This document shows positions 19,385 through 31,648 of a DNA stretch of 64,000 nucleotides, one piece after another. This DNA comes from Ostreococcus lucimarinus (lineage: Eukaryota). The translations under genes and the position numbers were made by a program. Where the stretch lies: NCBI GenBank assembly GCA_000092065.1, contig CP000581.1; one strand, written 5' to 3'. The notes beneath the pieces are model-generated. The model had not been told where the DNA came from and ran no database searches. It was given only the letters and a program-made list of their open reading frames with translations. The stretch's first letter is position 1, and the number at the start of each line of letters is the position of its first letter.

Positions 19385-20957
19385 ATGCTCGCCTCCGCTT
19401 CCACGTTCACCGGCGTCAAGGTCGTCGCGAAGGCGACCGCCAAGACGACCGTCGCCAAGCGCGCCGCGTGCGTGACGCGCGCGGGGCAATACGACGATGA
19501 ATTGCTCGAGACCGCGGTGCGCGCGACGACGCGACGCGACGCGACGCGGGACGACGCGATGACGCGGTGATGCGCGCGCGACGCGCGCGGGAATCCGGCG
19601 ATGCGCGCGGGAGTTGGGATGGAAAATATTTTCGCGTCGAACGCGCGCGGGCGCGGCGGTCGGGGGGGGCGCGCGCGTCGGGGGGGGGCGACGGCGCGAC
19701 GGCGCGAGATCGGATAGGGTTGTTCGGGCGAGGGTGATAATCCATCAATCCATCGATCGAAACGACTCGCGTCGCGACGGAATCGATCGAACGCGGTGAC
19801 TGACGAGGATGGAAACGCGATTCGCGACGCGCGCAGACCAACATGACCAAGCCGGGTAAGGGTATCCTCGCCATGGACGAGTCCAACGCCACGTGCGGTA
19901 CCCGACTCGAAGGCGTCGGGGTCGAAAACACCGAAGAAAACCGCCGCCGCTACCGCGAGTTGCTCATCAGCACCAAGGGTATGGGCGAATACGTCGGCGG
20001 TGCGATTCTCTTCGAAGAAACCTTGTACCAATCTTGCAAGGATGGCACCTCGTTCGTCGACGCGCTCCGCAAGGAAGGCATGTACCCGGGTATCAAGGTT
20101 GACAAGGGCCTCCGGCCGCTCGCCAACTCCAACGGCGAGTCTTGGTGCCAAGGTCTCGACGGCCTCGCCGAACGCGCGGCTGAGTACTACAAGCAAGGCG
20201 CGCGCTTCTGCAAGTGGCGCTCCGTCGTCTCCATCCCGGCCGGTCCGTCCAAGATCGCCGTGACGGACTGCGCTTACGGCCTCGCCCGCTACGCGGCCAT
20301 CTGCCAAAACGCCGGTCTCGTCCCGATCGTCGAACCGGAGATCCTCCTCGACGGTGACCACGACATCGACCGCAACTTCGAAGTCGCCTCCATGGTTTGG
20401 GCGGAGACCTTCAAGTACTTGGCCGACAACAACGTCAAGTTCGACCGCATGCTCTTGAAGCCGTCCATGGTTGCCCCGGGCGCCGACTGCACGAAGAAGT
20501 CCAACGCCAAGGAAGTCGCCGCGTACACCTTGAAGATGCTCAACTCCCGAGTCCCGCCGGAAACCGCGGGCATCATGTTCTTGTCCGGTGGCTTGTCCGA
20601 GTTGGACTCCACCATGTACTTGAACGCCATGAACCAGCAACCGAACCCGTGGCACGTGTCTTTCTCGTACGCGCGGGCTCTTCAAAACTCGGTACGTATT
20701 TTTTTTTGTGAGCGCCTCGTCACGCGTCTGAGAAGCGTCTGAGAATCGCGAGAATAACGCGTACTGACGACTGACGAACACTTATAACGCGCCAGGTTAT
20801 TAAAACGTGGGCGGGCGATGATTCTCGAACCGCGGAAGCGCAAGAAATCCTTCTCCGCCGCGCTCGCGAGAACTCTGAAGCGCAACGCGGCGTCTTCGAC
20901 GTGACGAAGTCGCAGACGGAAGGTTCTTCGATGTATGAGAAGGGCTACGTGTACTAA
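19385..20957 (+). CDS. FBA: Class I fructose-bisphosphate aldolase, plastid type, three exons 19385..19516, 19837..20691 and 20796..20957.
   Basis: Exon 1 (MLASASTFTGVKVVAKATAKTTVAKRAACVTRAGQYDDELLETA) is a targeting peptide plus the conserved ADELVKTA stretch. Exon 2 reads TNMTKPGKGILAMDESNATCGTRL...IVEPEIL...LKPSMV. Exon 3 reads VIKTWAGDDS...YEKGYVY*. The introns run GTGCGC..GCGCAG (320 nt) and GTACGT..CGCCAG (104 nt). The joins reproduce the plant plastid FBA alignment. Confidence 0.85.
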
Positions 20958-21156
20958 ATCAGTACGCTACGCGCTTCCTCGTCGAGCCACTCGTTTCAAT
21001 GAAATCTTCTTTACATGAATTACATCAACCTTCCCTCGCACGACTCAAAACCGAAACGACAACTGCGAGCTGAAAGCTGTTCAGCTCACAGTTGTCCCGC
21101 GTATCTCCACCCAGACCTCGCCACAGCGCGCCGCGTCGCGCGCGACGACCCGTCTC

Positions 21157-24100
21157 ATGCGGTCGAACGTCGCGCTCCGAGCGTCCACGACGTCCGCGCA
21201 CCGATGGTCTCGCTTTTCGTCGTCGCCGTCGTCCACGAGACGTCGCCAACATCAGCGCCAACATCACCATCTTGATGTCCAACACCGTCCTTCTCGTCCC
21301 GTTCGCGTCGCCGCCGCGCCCGCGGAGAAGCCGACGGTCGAAGAAGACACCGCGCGCGTGCTTCGCGTGCGATATCACCGCAAAGATGGCGCGTACGCGC
21401 GATGGGGCGCACACGTTTGGGGACGCGGCGCGGCGTCGCCGACGCCATGGGACGCGCCGCTTGCGGCGACGACGGATGACGCGTCGGAATGGGTGACCTT
21501 TGACGTCGAGCTCTCGGATATCTCTCGCGGTGATGGATCGGTGAGCGTGCTGATTCATAAGGGCGAGGCGCAAGACTGTCGAGTAGAGGATTTCGACGCG
21601 ACGGCGGCGCCAGAGGTGTTTTTGGTGAGCGGATATTCGAGCGCGTTCGAGACGGAGCCCGATTTGACGTCGTTGCCGAAAGGAGACATAGAAAAGTATC
21701 GCGCGATCTGGGTCGCCGAGCGCGTGATCGCGGTGCCGGGGGATTTCGCGAACGATGGGGACTCGTTCACGCTCGTGAGCTCGTCCACGGCGGATTTGAA
21801 AGTCACGGGCGAAGGCGTCGTCGGCGGCGACGACGTCGTCACCGTGGTTCGTTCGGGTGAGTTACCTTCGAGCGTGTGCGCAAAGTTTCCACACATCAAA
21901 GCTGCGGGCTATCGCGCGCTCGAAGTTCCTTCGAGCGTCAACGTGCGAGACGCGTTGAAGCGCCAAATCGCCGTAGCCGCGGTGGACGCCGCGGGTAAGC
22001 CGACGGATGCCACGGGCGTGCAGTTGCAAGGCGCGATCGATGATTTATTCGCTTACGATGGACCTCTCGGAGCGGAATTTGGAGTGAACGACAAAGTCAC
22101 GCTACGCGTGTGGGCGCCCACGGCCTTGAACGTCGCGTTGGCGTTGTTCGACGAACCCAGAGGAGAGGAGACGAGACGCGTCGTCGCGATGACGCGGGAC
22201 GAGACGTCGGGGGTGTGGAGTGCGACCGGTGACGATTTCAAGGATAAATATTACAATTTCGAAGTCACCGTATTCAACCCGACGACTGGGAAAGTGTCGA
22301 CGAACGTCGCGTCGGATCCGTACGCTCGGAGCCTCGCCGCCGACGGTCGCCGAGCGCACGTGTGCGACATTTCGCGAGACGACCTCAAACCCAAGGGATG
22401 GGAGACGTTTGAGAAGCCAAAGTTCACGCATCCCGTGGATTGTTCAATCTACGAGCTACACGTGCGAGATTTCAGCGCGTTGGATGAAACCGTGAGCGCT
22501 TCTGCGCGAGGCAAGTATTTAGCGTTCTGCGAAGAATCGAGCGTGTGCGTGTCCCATCTCAAAAAGCTCGCCGACGCCGGTCTCACGCACGTGCACCTGT
22601 TGCCGTCTTACGACTTTGGTTCCGTGCCCGAGCTCCCAGAAAATCAGCTGTCGGTAGACTTCAAAGAGTTGGCCAAATTACCACCGAATTCTCGAAAGCA
22701 ACAAGAAGAAATCAGTAAAATTGCATGGTCTGATTGCTTCAACTGGGGATACGACCCCGTGCACTACGGCGTGCCCGAAGGCAGTTACGCCACCAATCCA
22801 GACGGTCCCCGGCGCATTTTCGAGTACCGCCAGATGGTGCATGCGCTCGCCTCGAACGGATTACGCGTCATATGTGATGTGGTGTATAATCACACCTTGT
22901 CGTCCGGACCGAGTGACGTCAACAGCGTCTTGGATAAAATTGTCCCGGGGTACTACCATCGACGCAACTTTGACGGATTCATCGAGGCGAGCACGTGTTG
23001 CAACAACACGGCCAGCGAGCATTACATGATGGATCGTCTCATTGTGGACGATCTCGTGCACTGGGCGAAAGATTATAAGGTTGATGGATTCCGATTTGAT
23101 TTAATGGGGCACTTGATGCTGTCCACGATGCTTCGAGCGAAGGACGCGCTCCAATCGTTGACGCTCGAGAAGGATGGTGTCGATGGTAAATCACTGTACC
23201 TGTACGGAGAAGGATGGGATTACGCCGAGGTGGAAAAAGGTCGCGTCGGCAAGAATGCATCGCAGCTAAATTTGGCTCACACTGGTATCGGAAGCTTTAA
23301 CGACCGCGTCCGCGAGGGTTGCATCGGAGGCAGTCCCTTTGGCGATCCTCGCATGCAAGGTTTCCTCACGGGCTTGTACTACACCCCCAACGGCGCCGTC
23401 GATCAAGGAGACCAAGACTCCCAACGCTATAGAATGATGGAGGACGGCGAGAAGATAATCGCCGCGCTCGCTGGAAACGTCCGTGATTTTGTCTTTGTCA
23501 ATCGCCACGGCGTCGAGGTTCCGTCGAGTTCGGCGGCTTGGCCAGACTCAAACGTTGCCTACGCGGGCGAACCGGAAGAAACGGTGAACTACGTCAGCGC
23601 GCACGATAACGAAACCCTATTCGATTGCATCATGTTAAGAGCGGCGGCGTCTGTGTCTCTGGAACAAAGGTGCCGAATCAATCATTTAGCGACGGCGATT
23701 GTGGCGTTGTCGCAAGGCGTGCCATTCTTCCACGCGGGCGACGAAATCTTACGGAGTAAATCTTTAGACCGAGACTCGTACTCCAGCGGTGACTGGTTCA
23801 ATAGGCTGGACTACTCTGGGGACACGCACAACTTCGGCGTCGGGTTGCCCGGGGAGCAAAAGAACGGCGATAGATACGACTTCATCACGCCCATGCTCGC
23901 CGATACGTCGATGCGCCCCTCGAAAGAGTTCATCGAAGAGGCGACGAGAAACTTTTGCGAACTTCTGAGCATCCGTCAATCGACGCCACTGTTGCGTCTT
24001 CAAACCACGCGAGACATTCAGCGTCGCATGAAGTTTTATAACCGCGGACCGGCGCAAACGCCTGGGCTCATCATCGCTAGTATCAACGACGGCGACGCGT

Positions 24101-24345
24101 CCACGCCTGGGTTACCATCGCTCGACGCGAACTACAAGCGCGTCGTGCTCGCGTTCAACGCCACTCCGAACGAAATTTCACATCACGAGGCTGGGCTTAA
24201 AGTTGATTTCGCTGGCGTCGATCTCGAATTACATCCGCTCGTCGGCGGCGTCACCGCGGACGCCGTCGCGATGAGGAGCGTCTTCATCGAAGGCGTTCCC
24301 ACGATTCCTCCGTACACGTGGACCGTGTTCGTACAGCATAGATAA
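21157..24345 (+). CDS. PUL: Pullulanase / limit dextrinase, a GH13 type-I debranching enzyme with a transit-like N-terminus.
   Basis: YELHVRDFSALDETV, GYDPVHYGVPEGSYATNPDGPRRIFEYRQMVHALASNGLRVICDVVYNHT, DGFRFDLMGH and YGEGWDY match pullulanase-type enzymes. Confidence 0.9.
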   Translation: MRSNVALRASTTSAHRWSRFSSSPSSTRRRQHQRQHHHLDVQHRPSRPVRVAAAPAEKPTVEEDTARVLRVRYHRKDGAYARWGAHVWGRGAASPTPWDAPLAATTDDASEWVTFDVELSDISRGDGSVSVLIHKGEAQDCRVEDFDATAAPEVFLVSGYSSAFETEPDLTSLPKGDIEKYRAIWVAERVIAVPGDFANDGDSFTLVSSSTADLKVTGEGVVGGDDVVTVVRSGELPSSVCAKFPHIKAAGYRALEVPSSVNVRDALKRQIAVAAVDAAGKPTDATGVQLQGAIDDLFAYDGPLGAEFGVNDKVTLRVWAPTALNVALALFDEPRGEETRRVVAMTRDETSGVWSATGDDFKDKYYNFEVTVFNPTTGKVSTNVASDPYARSLAADGRRAHVCDISRDDLKPKGWETFEKPKFTHPVDCSIYELHVRDFSALDETVSASARGKYLAFCEESSVCVSHLKKLADAGLTHVHLLPSYDFGSVPELPENQLSVDFKELAKLPPNSRKQQEEISKIAWSDCFNWGYDPVHYGVPEGSYATNPDGPRRIFEYRQMVHALASNGLRVICDVVYNHTLSSGPSDVNSVLDKIVPGYYHRRNFDGFIEASTCCNNTASEHYMMDRLIVDDLVHWAKDYKVDGFRFDLMGHLMLSTMLRAKDALQSLTLEKDGVDGKSLYLYGEGWDYAEVEKGRVGKNASQLNLAHTGIGSFNDRVREGCIGGSPFGDPRMQGFLTGLYYTPNGAVDQGDQDSQRYRMMEDGEKIIAALAGNVRDFVFVNRHGVEVPSSSAAWPDSNVAYAGEPEETVNYVSAHDNETLFDCIMLRAAASVSLEQRCRINHLATAIVALSQGVPFFHAGDEILRSKSLDRDSYSSGDWFNRLDYSGDTHNFGVGLPGEQKNGDRYDFITPMLADTSMRPSKEFIEEATRNFCELLSIRQSTPLLRLQTTRDIQRRMKFYNRGPAQTPGLIIASINDGDASTPGLPSLDANYKRVVLAFNATPNEISHHEAGLKVDFAGVDLELHPLVGGVTADAVAMRSVFIEGVPTIPPYTWTVFVQHR

Positions 24346-24424
24346 TATTAGCGTTATAGCTGCGGTAAGCTCAATTAGAGTCAAGCTGAGAAACAACTTT
24401 CTGACGCGCGTTCCTTTCCGGTCG

Positions 24425-25147
24425 TTACAATTGGAGATGTTTGCGCAAAAACGCGTCTACGCGCGACCACGCGAGCTCGACCGCGGACTCATCGAGCTTT
24501 GGAAACCCTTGCACTTTCTCTCGCTCCTCAAAGTTCGGATACGGTTGAGGCGTCGTGTTCATGAAGGCGTGCCCGACGTTTTCGTAAAAGTGTATCTCGC
24601 CCTGGCGAAGTCTCTCTCGCAATTTCTTCGCGCTGCCGGGATCCGAAAATCCAACCAAATTGTCCTTCTCCCCGAAGTGTCCTTGCACCGGAACCTCGAT
24701 CGCGCTCACATCGCACGCGTCGTCGCCCGGAATCCCGTAAAACGGCACCGCGCAATCCACGCTCGCCTTTGCCGCGGCGATGAGCGTCAGCGCGCCGCCC
24801 ATGCAGAATCCCACGACGCCCACTCTTTCCGCCTTTCGCTCCGCCCGCAGCCACGCGGCCGCCTCGCGGATCTCTTCGGTCGCCACTTTCCAATCCATGT
24901 TCGTCATCAGGTGATGCGCTTCCTCGACGTCGACGCCGAGCTCGCCGCGGTACAAGTCAGGGACGAGCACCGTCACGCCCAGTTCGTCGCGCAATCGTCG
25001 AGCGTGCGCGAGGACGACGTCGTTGACGCCCCACCACTCCTGCAGGACGATCACCGCCGCGCGCGTCGACGCGGACGATGGCGCGGCGAGGACGCGGGCC
25101 CGCGCGCCGGCGGCGCCGAACGCGACATCCTCGAACGACGACGACAT
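24425..25147 (-). CDS. Dienelactone hydrolase family protein (carboxymethylenebutenolidase-like).
   Basis: AAVIVLQEWWGVNDVVLAHARRLRDELGVTVLVPDLYRGE, the nucleophile elbow GFCMGGAL and a C-terminal GHAFMN match the DLH fold. Confidence 0.8.
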   Translation of the reverse strand: MSSSFEDVAFGAAGARARVLAAPSSASTRAAVIVLQEWWGVNDVVLAHARRLRDELGVTVLVPDLYRGELGVDVEEAHHLMTNMDWKVATEEIREAAAWLRAERKAERVGVVGFCMGGALTLIAAAKASVDCAVPFYGIPGDDACDVSAIEVPVQGHFGEKDNLVGFSDPGSAKKLRERLRQGEIHFYENVGHAFMNTTPQPYPNFEEREKVQGFPKLDESAVELAWSRVDAFLRKHLQL

Positions 25148-25312
25148 CGTCGGGTTGTGTCGCGCGCGGCGCCGCTACGAAAAAATGAAACCAAGACACC
25201 AGGGACAATTACGGTACCGACTGCTCGACGAAAATCGGGCGCGCGCGGGCGCGCGGGCGCGACGGCGCAAAGTTACGGTTTCTTCGAGAGGTGGTTAACA
25301 ACCGACGCGGGC

Positions 25313-26368
25313 CTAGGCGCCGTATCCGAACACTTGTCGAATGCGACCGAAGATTAAATTCTTCCACCCGTTTTCGGTGGTGTCCATCACCGTCTCGTTG
25401 CCGAACTTGTCGCACTCCGGGACGTTGGTTTGCACGAGGTCGACGAAGCAGTTGCCGGGCTCGGGCTCGCGAAACGTGACGGTGACGACGGAGAAGTGGT
25501 CGTCGGGCCACGACGAGAATCGCCAGTTTTGAACTATTTTTTCGCCCGGAACGTACTCCGTCGTTTCGCCTTGAACGTTTCCGTCGAACATTTCGAATTT
25601 ACCCGTCGAACCGTTCAATCCGGACGCTCGACTTTGCGTGAAATGTTGCACGCGATTTCCGTCGAGCAAGGCGTCGCAAATATCTCTCGGGCGACAGTAA
25701 AAATTCTCCGTCAGCCGGATGGTGTGGTTCGTTTGCGATAACGGCGCGGTTTTATCGCTCCTAGGCACCGACGCGCTCGATTTCGCCTTGGCCGCCTTGG
25801 CCGCCTCGGCCGCCTCGGCCGCCTCGGCCGCCGCCTCGGCGCTCGCCGGCGCGTCGCCTCCCGGCCCGCCCGCCGCCATCTCCTTCACCCACGTCCTCAC
25901 GCCCTCTAAAACCTTCGGCACGATCGATTTCAAAATCAGCGCCTTCACTCGCGCGTCCTCGTTCGTATCGTTCGCCGGCACCACGACGCACTCCGGGTCC
26001 TCGTCCGCGTTTTCGTCCGCCACGTACGGCAGCCGAATCTTCCCGTCGCGCGTCTTCCCGTCCCTCAGCTCCGCGACGTACGACATCTCCAGCTCCAGCT
26101 CGTACCCGGGTATAATTTTTCCTTTTCTTTTGTTCACGTACGCCTCGCCCTCGCACTTCGTCACGCCCGTCACCGCGACGCGCGTCACGACGCCGTCGCC
26201 ATCGCCGTCGCCGTCGCCGTCGATCGCGCGTCGCGCGCACAGCGCGTCCAATCGCGCGCGCGCCCAGGGCAGGGCGTCCTTCTCCTGCCAGTGCCACCCG
26301 TGGACGTTGGTGCCGTCCGCGCGATCCTCGACGATCCATCGCGCGTCGCCCTCGCCCGCGCGCGCCAT
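25313..26368 (-). CDS. AHA1: Activator of Hsp90 ATPase (Aha1) with N-terminal and C-terminal domains.
   Basis: MARAGEGDARWIVEDRADGTNVHGWHWQEKDA matches the Aha1 N-terminus MAKWGEGDPRWIVEERADATNVNNWHW. An AHSA1 SRPBCC C-terminal domain is also present. The track ORF extends to 26815 with an Arg-rich over-extension; I trimmed to the Met at 26368. Confidence 0.85.
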   Translation of the reverse strand: MARAGEGDARWIVEDRADGTNVHGWHWQEKDALPWARARLDALCARRAIDGDGDGDGDGVVTRVAVTGVTKCEGEAYVNKRKGKIIPGYELELEMSYVAELRDGKTRDGKIRLPYVADENADEDPECVVVPANDTNEDARVKALILKSIVPKVLEGVRTWVKEMAAGGPGGDAPASAEAAAEAAEAAEAAKAAKAKSSASVPRSDKTAPLSQTNHTIRLTENFYCRPRDICDALLDGNRVQHFTQSRASGLNGSTGKFEMFDGNVQGETTEYVPGEKIVQNWRFSSWPDDHFSVVTVTFREPEPGNCFVDLVQTNVPECDKFGNETVMDTTENGWKNLIFGRIRQVFGYGA

Positions 26369-26582
26369 CGCTTCTCGAAGCTTCGCGGCGCGGAGTGGCG
26401 ATCGATCGCCGCGCGACGGTCGACCCTCGGCGCGAGGGTCGAGGCGCGCGCGCGAACCTCGCGGCGAGGGTCGCGGCGCGCGCGCGACGACGCGCGGGGA
26501 CCGACCGTCGCGCGCGACGGACGACGCGCGCGACAGACGACGACGACGACGACGCGCGATGCGGGCGGCGGCGACGACGACG
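26369..26582. promoter_or_regulatory. Putative bidirectional promoter between AHA1 (minus) and the acidic three-exon gene (plus).
   Basis: The start codons are divergent and 214 bp apart. Confidence 0.35.
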
Positions 26583-27157
26583 ATGCTGGGACGCTCGACG
26601 ACGACGGGCGCGCGCGCGCGCGCGCGCGCGGCGCCGGCGCGCGCGTCGACGCGGAAATATCCGGTCGTCTCGAGGTTTTCGGCGACGCGCGACGCGAGGA
26701 CGGGCGCGGGCGCGTTTCGCAACGCGCCGGAGCCGCAGACGGAGGAAGAGGAGGGGTCGGTTTTGGATTTCCCGGAGGAGTACCAGCGCGCGGTGCCGTC
26801 GAGACGACCGGACATATTTCCAGACCTGAAGGAGCCGAAGACGCCGATGCCGCGACCGATGCCGGGCGACCCGGAGATGCCAGGTACGCGACGACGACGT
26901 CTCGTGTGGTCACCGTGTTGACTAATTTTTTACGCGCAGATGAGGAGGAAGAGGAGAAGGAGCGCAAGGAGAATCCCGGTGAACCGGGGGTAAGTTTTGG
27001 TTTCGACCGACGCGCGTTCGCGACTCGAGCTCGCGCGAACGCTCGACTGACTCCTCGCTTTCGCGTCGCGTCGTAGGAAAAACCGGAAGATGAGGAAGAA
27101 GAAGAAAACGAAAAGAAGAAGAAGAAGAAGATCAAGAAGGATGACGAAGAAGAAGAG
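26583..27157 (+). CDS. Hypothetical small protein with a transit-like N-terminus and an extremely acidic, Lys-rich C-terminus. Three exons 26583..26883, 26940..26989 and 27077..27157.
   Basis: Two introns are clear: GTACGCGACG...TTTTTTACGCGCAG (56 nt) and GTAAGTTTTGG...CGTCGTAG (87 nt), each with a TGAC branch motif. The joined product ends ...PMPGDPEMPDEEEEEKERKENPGEPGEKPEDEEEEENEKKKKKIKKDDEEEE*. No family was recognised. Confidence 0.45.
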
Positions 27158-27234
27158 TGAGAGAAAAGTAGAAGATGAGTTGTCACGATGCGTAAATAGT
27201 TCTTCGCTATCTCAGACGCCTATCCTCCTAATTC

Positions 27235-28248
27235 CTAATCTATCGTCCTAATGCTAATGTTAATGCGCGTGTGGGAGATGTATTCCGCGAACTCTTCATC
27301 CCAGGCATCGGCGCCGAGCGCGTCAGGAAGCTCGAATCCACGCTCGTTTGATTCGAAGACCCTCGGCACGCCGTGGTAACAGTTTCGCGACTCTCCGCCG
27401 AGGATCACGGCGTCGCCCGTTCGCAGCACCAGGGCCGTCGGTGCGCGGTTTCGGTCTTCGTATCCGAGTAGGAAAATTGCGGGACACCCGAGAGAAATAC
27501 TCACTATCGGGCGGTCCAAATTGGACTCAGCGTCGTCCACATGCCCATTCAACGTGTCGCCCGGTTGATAATAATTCACCAATCCCGCCTGCGCCTCAAA
27601 TTCCCAGTTTTCCGGCGCCACGCTCGCGATTCGCCGCGTCAAACTCACGAGCTCTTCGCTTATCGCCCGTCTCGGCACGTCCGGTTCGTATATCCGCGAC
27701 GTCCAGTTGAATGAAGGGCCCACCGTCGCCCAACGCAGCTTTGATAGCAACCGCCTGGCGAGGAGTCGCTCGTCAGCGTCGCCTCGCTTCACCTCACGCG
27801 CTGGCCTGGCCCATCGCTCACCATCGATTAACATCAAATCCTCCCGCGCGGCGTCCCACAACCCAGGAGGCAAGTCTCCGAGCTCTTTTCCAAAGTTTGT
27901 TCGCGCCGGCGGCTCGCACAGCTCCGTCGCCGCCGCTCGCACCCACGTCCGCTGTTCATCGCTCGACAGCGCGTTCGAGACGTAATAAAACCCCGGATGC
28001 TCGTCCAGGGCGTAGACTTTCACCGCGCCTTCCTCGCGCGCGAGCGTCGCGCCGTGCGCGTTCGCCGCGTCCTTCGACAGGTCGAGCGCGTCGCGCAGGT
28101 CTACCGGCTCGGCGACGAATCGACCGCCCCTGCGTCGTCCGTTCGCGCTCGTTCGGAACTGCTCGACGAGTTTCAGCTGGTACTTTTTCTCCGCCGCGCG
28201 AAACGCGGTTTGCGCCGGGGGATCGGTGCCGGGATCGCGAGCGTACAT
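27235..28248 (-). CDS. ALKBH1: AlkB-family 2OG/Fe(II) dioxygenase, ALKBH1-like.
   Basis: LRWATVGPSFNWTSRIY, AGLVNYYQPGDTLNGHVDDAESNLDRPIVSISLGCPAIFLLG and RNCYHGVPRV align with ALKBH1. The track ORF extends to 28743 but overlaps the DHX15 coding region; I trimmed to the Met at 28248. Confidence 0.8.
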   Translation of the reverse strand: MYARDPGTDPPAQTAFRAAEKKYQLKLVEQFRTSANGRRRGGRFVAEPVDLRDALDLSKDAANAHGATLAREEGAVKVYALDEHPGFYYVSNALSSDEQRTWVRAAATELCEPPARTNFGKELGDLPPGLWDAAREDLMLIDGERWARPAREVKRGDADERLLARRLLSKLRWATVGPSFNWTSRIYEPDVPRRAISEELVSLTRRIASVAPENWEFEAQAGLVNYYQPGDTLNGHVDDAESNLDRPIVSISLGCPAIFLLGYEDRNRAPTALVLRTGDAVILGGESRNCYHGVPRVFESNERGFELPDALGADAWDEEFAEYISHTRINISIRTID

Positions 28249-28286
28249 CCGCGCAGTGAGGTTGGTTCGGTTGCTATTCACAAAGA

Positions 28287-30623
<2,337 letters not shown>

Positions 30624-30639
30624 TCACTAAAGCGAAGCG

Positions 30640-31498
30640 TTACAACATCATACCGCCGGACGCGCCTTGATGACCGTGACGCGCGATCTCGGGACGACCG
30701 CGACGCTGCGAGAGCTCGCCCAACACCGGTGGGACGTCGCTGCCCTGAATGAACGTCCTGTGAATGCCCGACGCGTCGACGGCGTTGAGGCGAATGCAAC
30801 CGCCCGAGGAACCGTCGACGGACATCGCGAGGGCGATAGCCTTGGCGACGAACGCCTCGCACTCCTCCCGGGTCATCCCTTCGCGCCACCCGCTGTCTAA
30901 AAAACCCCAAATATACGTCGACCCGCTGCCGTCGGTGGTCCATCGCTCCTTGATCATGTTCCCGCCCGCCGTGCACGCGTACACCTGCGACCCGCGGCGC
31001 TTGTCCCAACCGCCCACGATGGTGTACGCGCTCAGCCCTCGGCCTCGATTCGCGCCCTTGTTCTGATACCCTATTTGATTCGCGATCGTCGCCACCGTTT
31101 TCACGTCCGCGATTTCGTCCAGCTCCATCTCGTGCTGACTCACGATGTTTCGCACGTACCCCGCGAGCGCCTCGGTGTCCGCCGCGGAGCCGGATCGACA
31201 CATGATCGTGCGATCGTTCAGCGCGCACATCTTATCCGACGCCCGGTTCGAGACGTATATCCCTGCGCGCGCGTCGCGATCGACGGCGTCGTCGCGTCGT
31301 CGTCAGTCTTCGCGCTCGATCGCGTCGTCGTCGAGTCAAACGCCGCGGTCGTCGTTCGAACCGCTCGCGCGCGTTCGCACCCGTGCTGACGCGAGAGTCC
31401 GCGCCGAGGACCACGCCGCCGGCGTATTCGCACGCGACGATGGTCGTCCCCGTGTGCGGGGCCTCGCTCGCGTCCGCGTCGCGCGCGTCGAGGCCCAT
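30640..31498 (-). CDS. PSMB6: Proteasome subunit beta type-6 (beta-1, catalytic), two exons 31381..31498 and 30640..31262 on the minus strand.
   Basis: Exon 1 (MGLDARDADASEAPHTG|TTIVACEYAGGVVLGADSRVSTG) has the propeptide cleavage site and Thr1. A 118-nt GTGCGA..GCGCAG intron at 31263..31380 is in phase 1. Exon 2 (IYVSNRASDKMCALNDRTIMCRSGSAADTEA...) aligns to human PSMB6 without gaps. Confidence 0.85.
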
Positions 31499-31648
31499 GT
31501 CGACGTCGAGCGCGCGATTGTGTCGCGCGGCGGGCGCGCGCGGTCGCACATCTCGACGCCGACGTCGCGAGACCGCGAGACCGCGCGCTCGGACGAGCGA
31601 AACAATCGTCGCGGGTCGCGTCGCGCGCGCGCGGGCGCGAGAAGCGCC
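31499..31648. promoter_or_regulatory. Putative 150-bp bidirectional promoter between divergent PSMB6 and NAPRT.
   Basis: The start codons of two well-supported divergent genes are 150 bp apart. No other space is available for the promoters. Confidence 0.45.

Noticed and set aside
19270-20781. 503-aa minus-strand ORF spanning the FBA gene and its upstream intron.
   Set aside because: It overlaps a three-exon aldolase with a perfect alignment. Its sequence is Arg/Gly low-complexity.
25719-26921. 400-aa plus-strand ORF overlapping AHA1 on the opposite strand.
   Set aside because: Only its last ~100 codons are real, as exon 1 of the acidic three-exon gene starting at 26583. The upstream 860 nt is antisense to AHA1 and Ala/Ser low-complexity.
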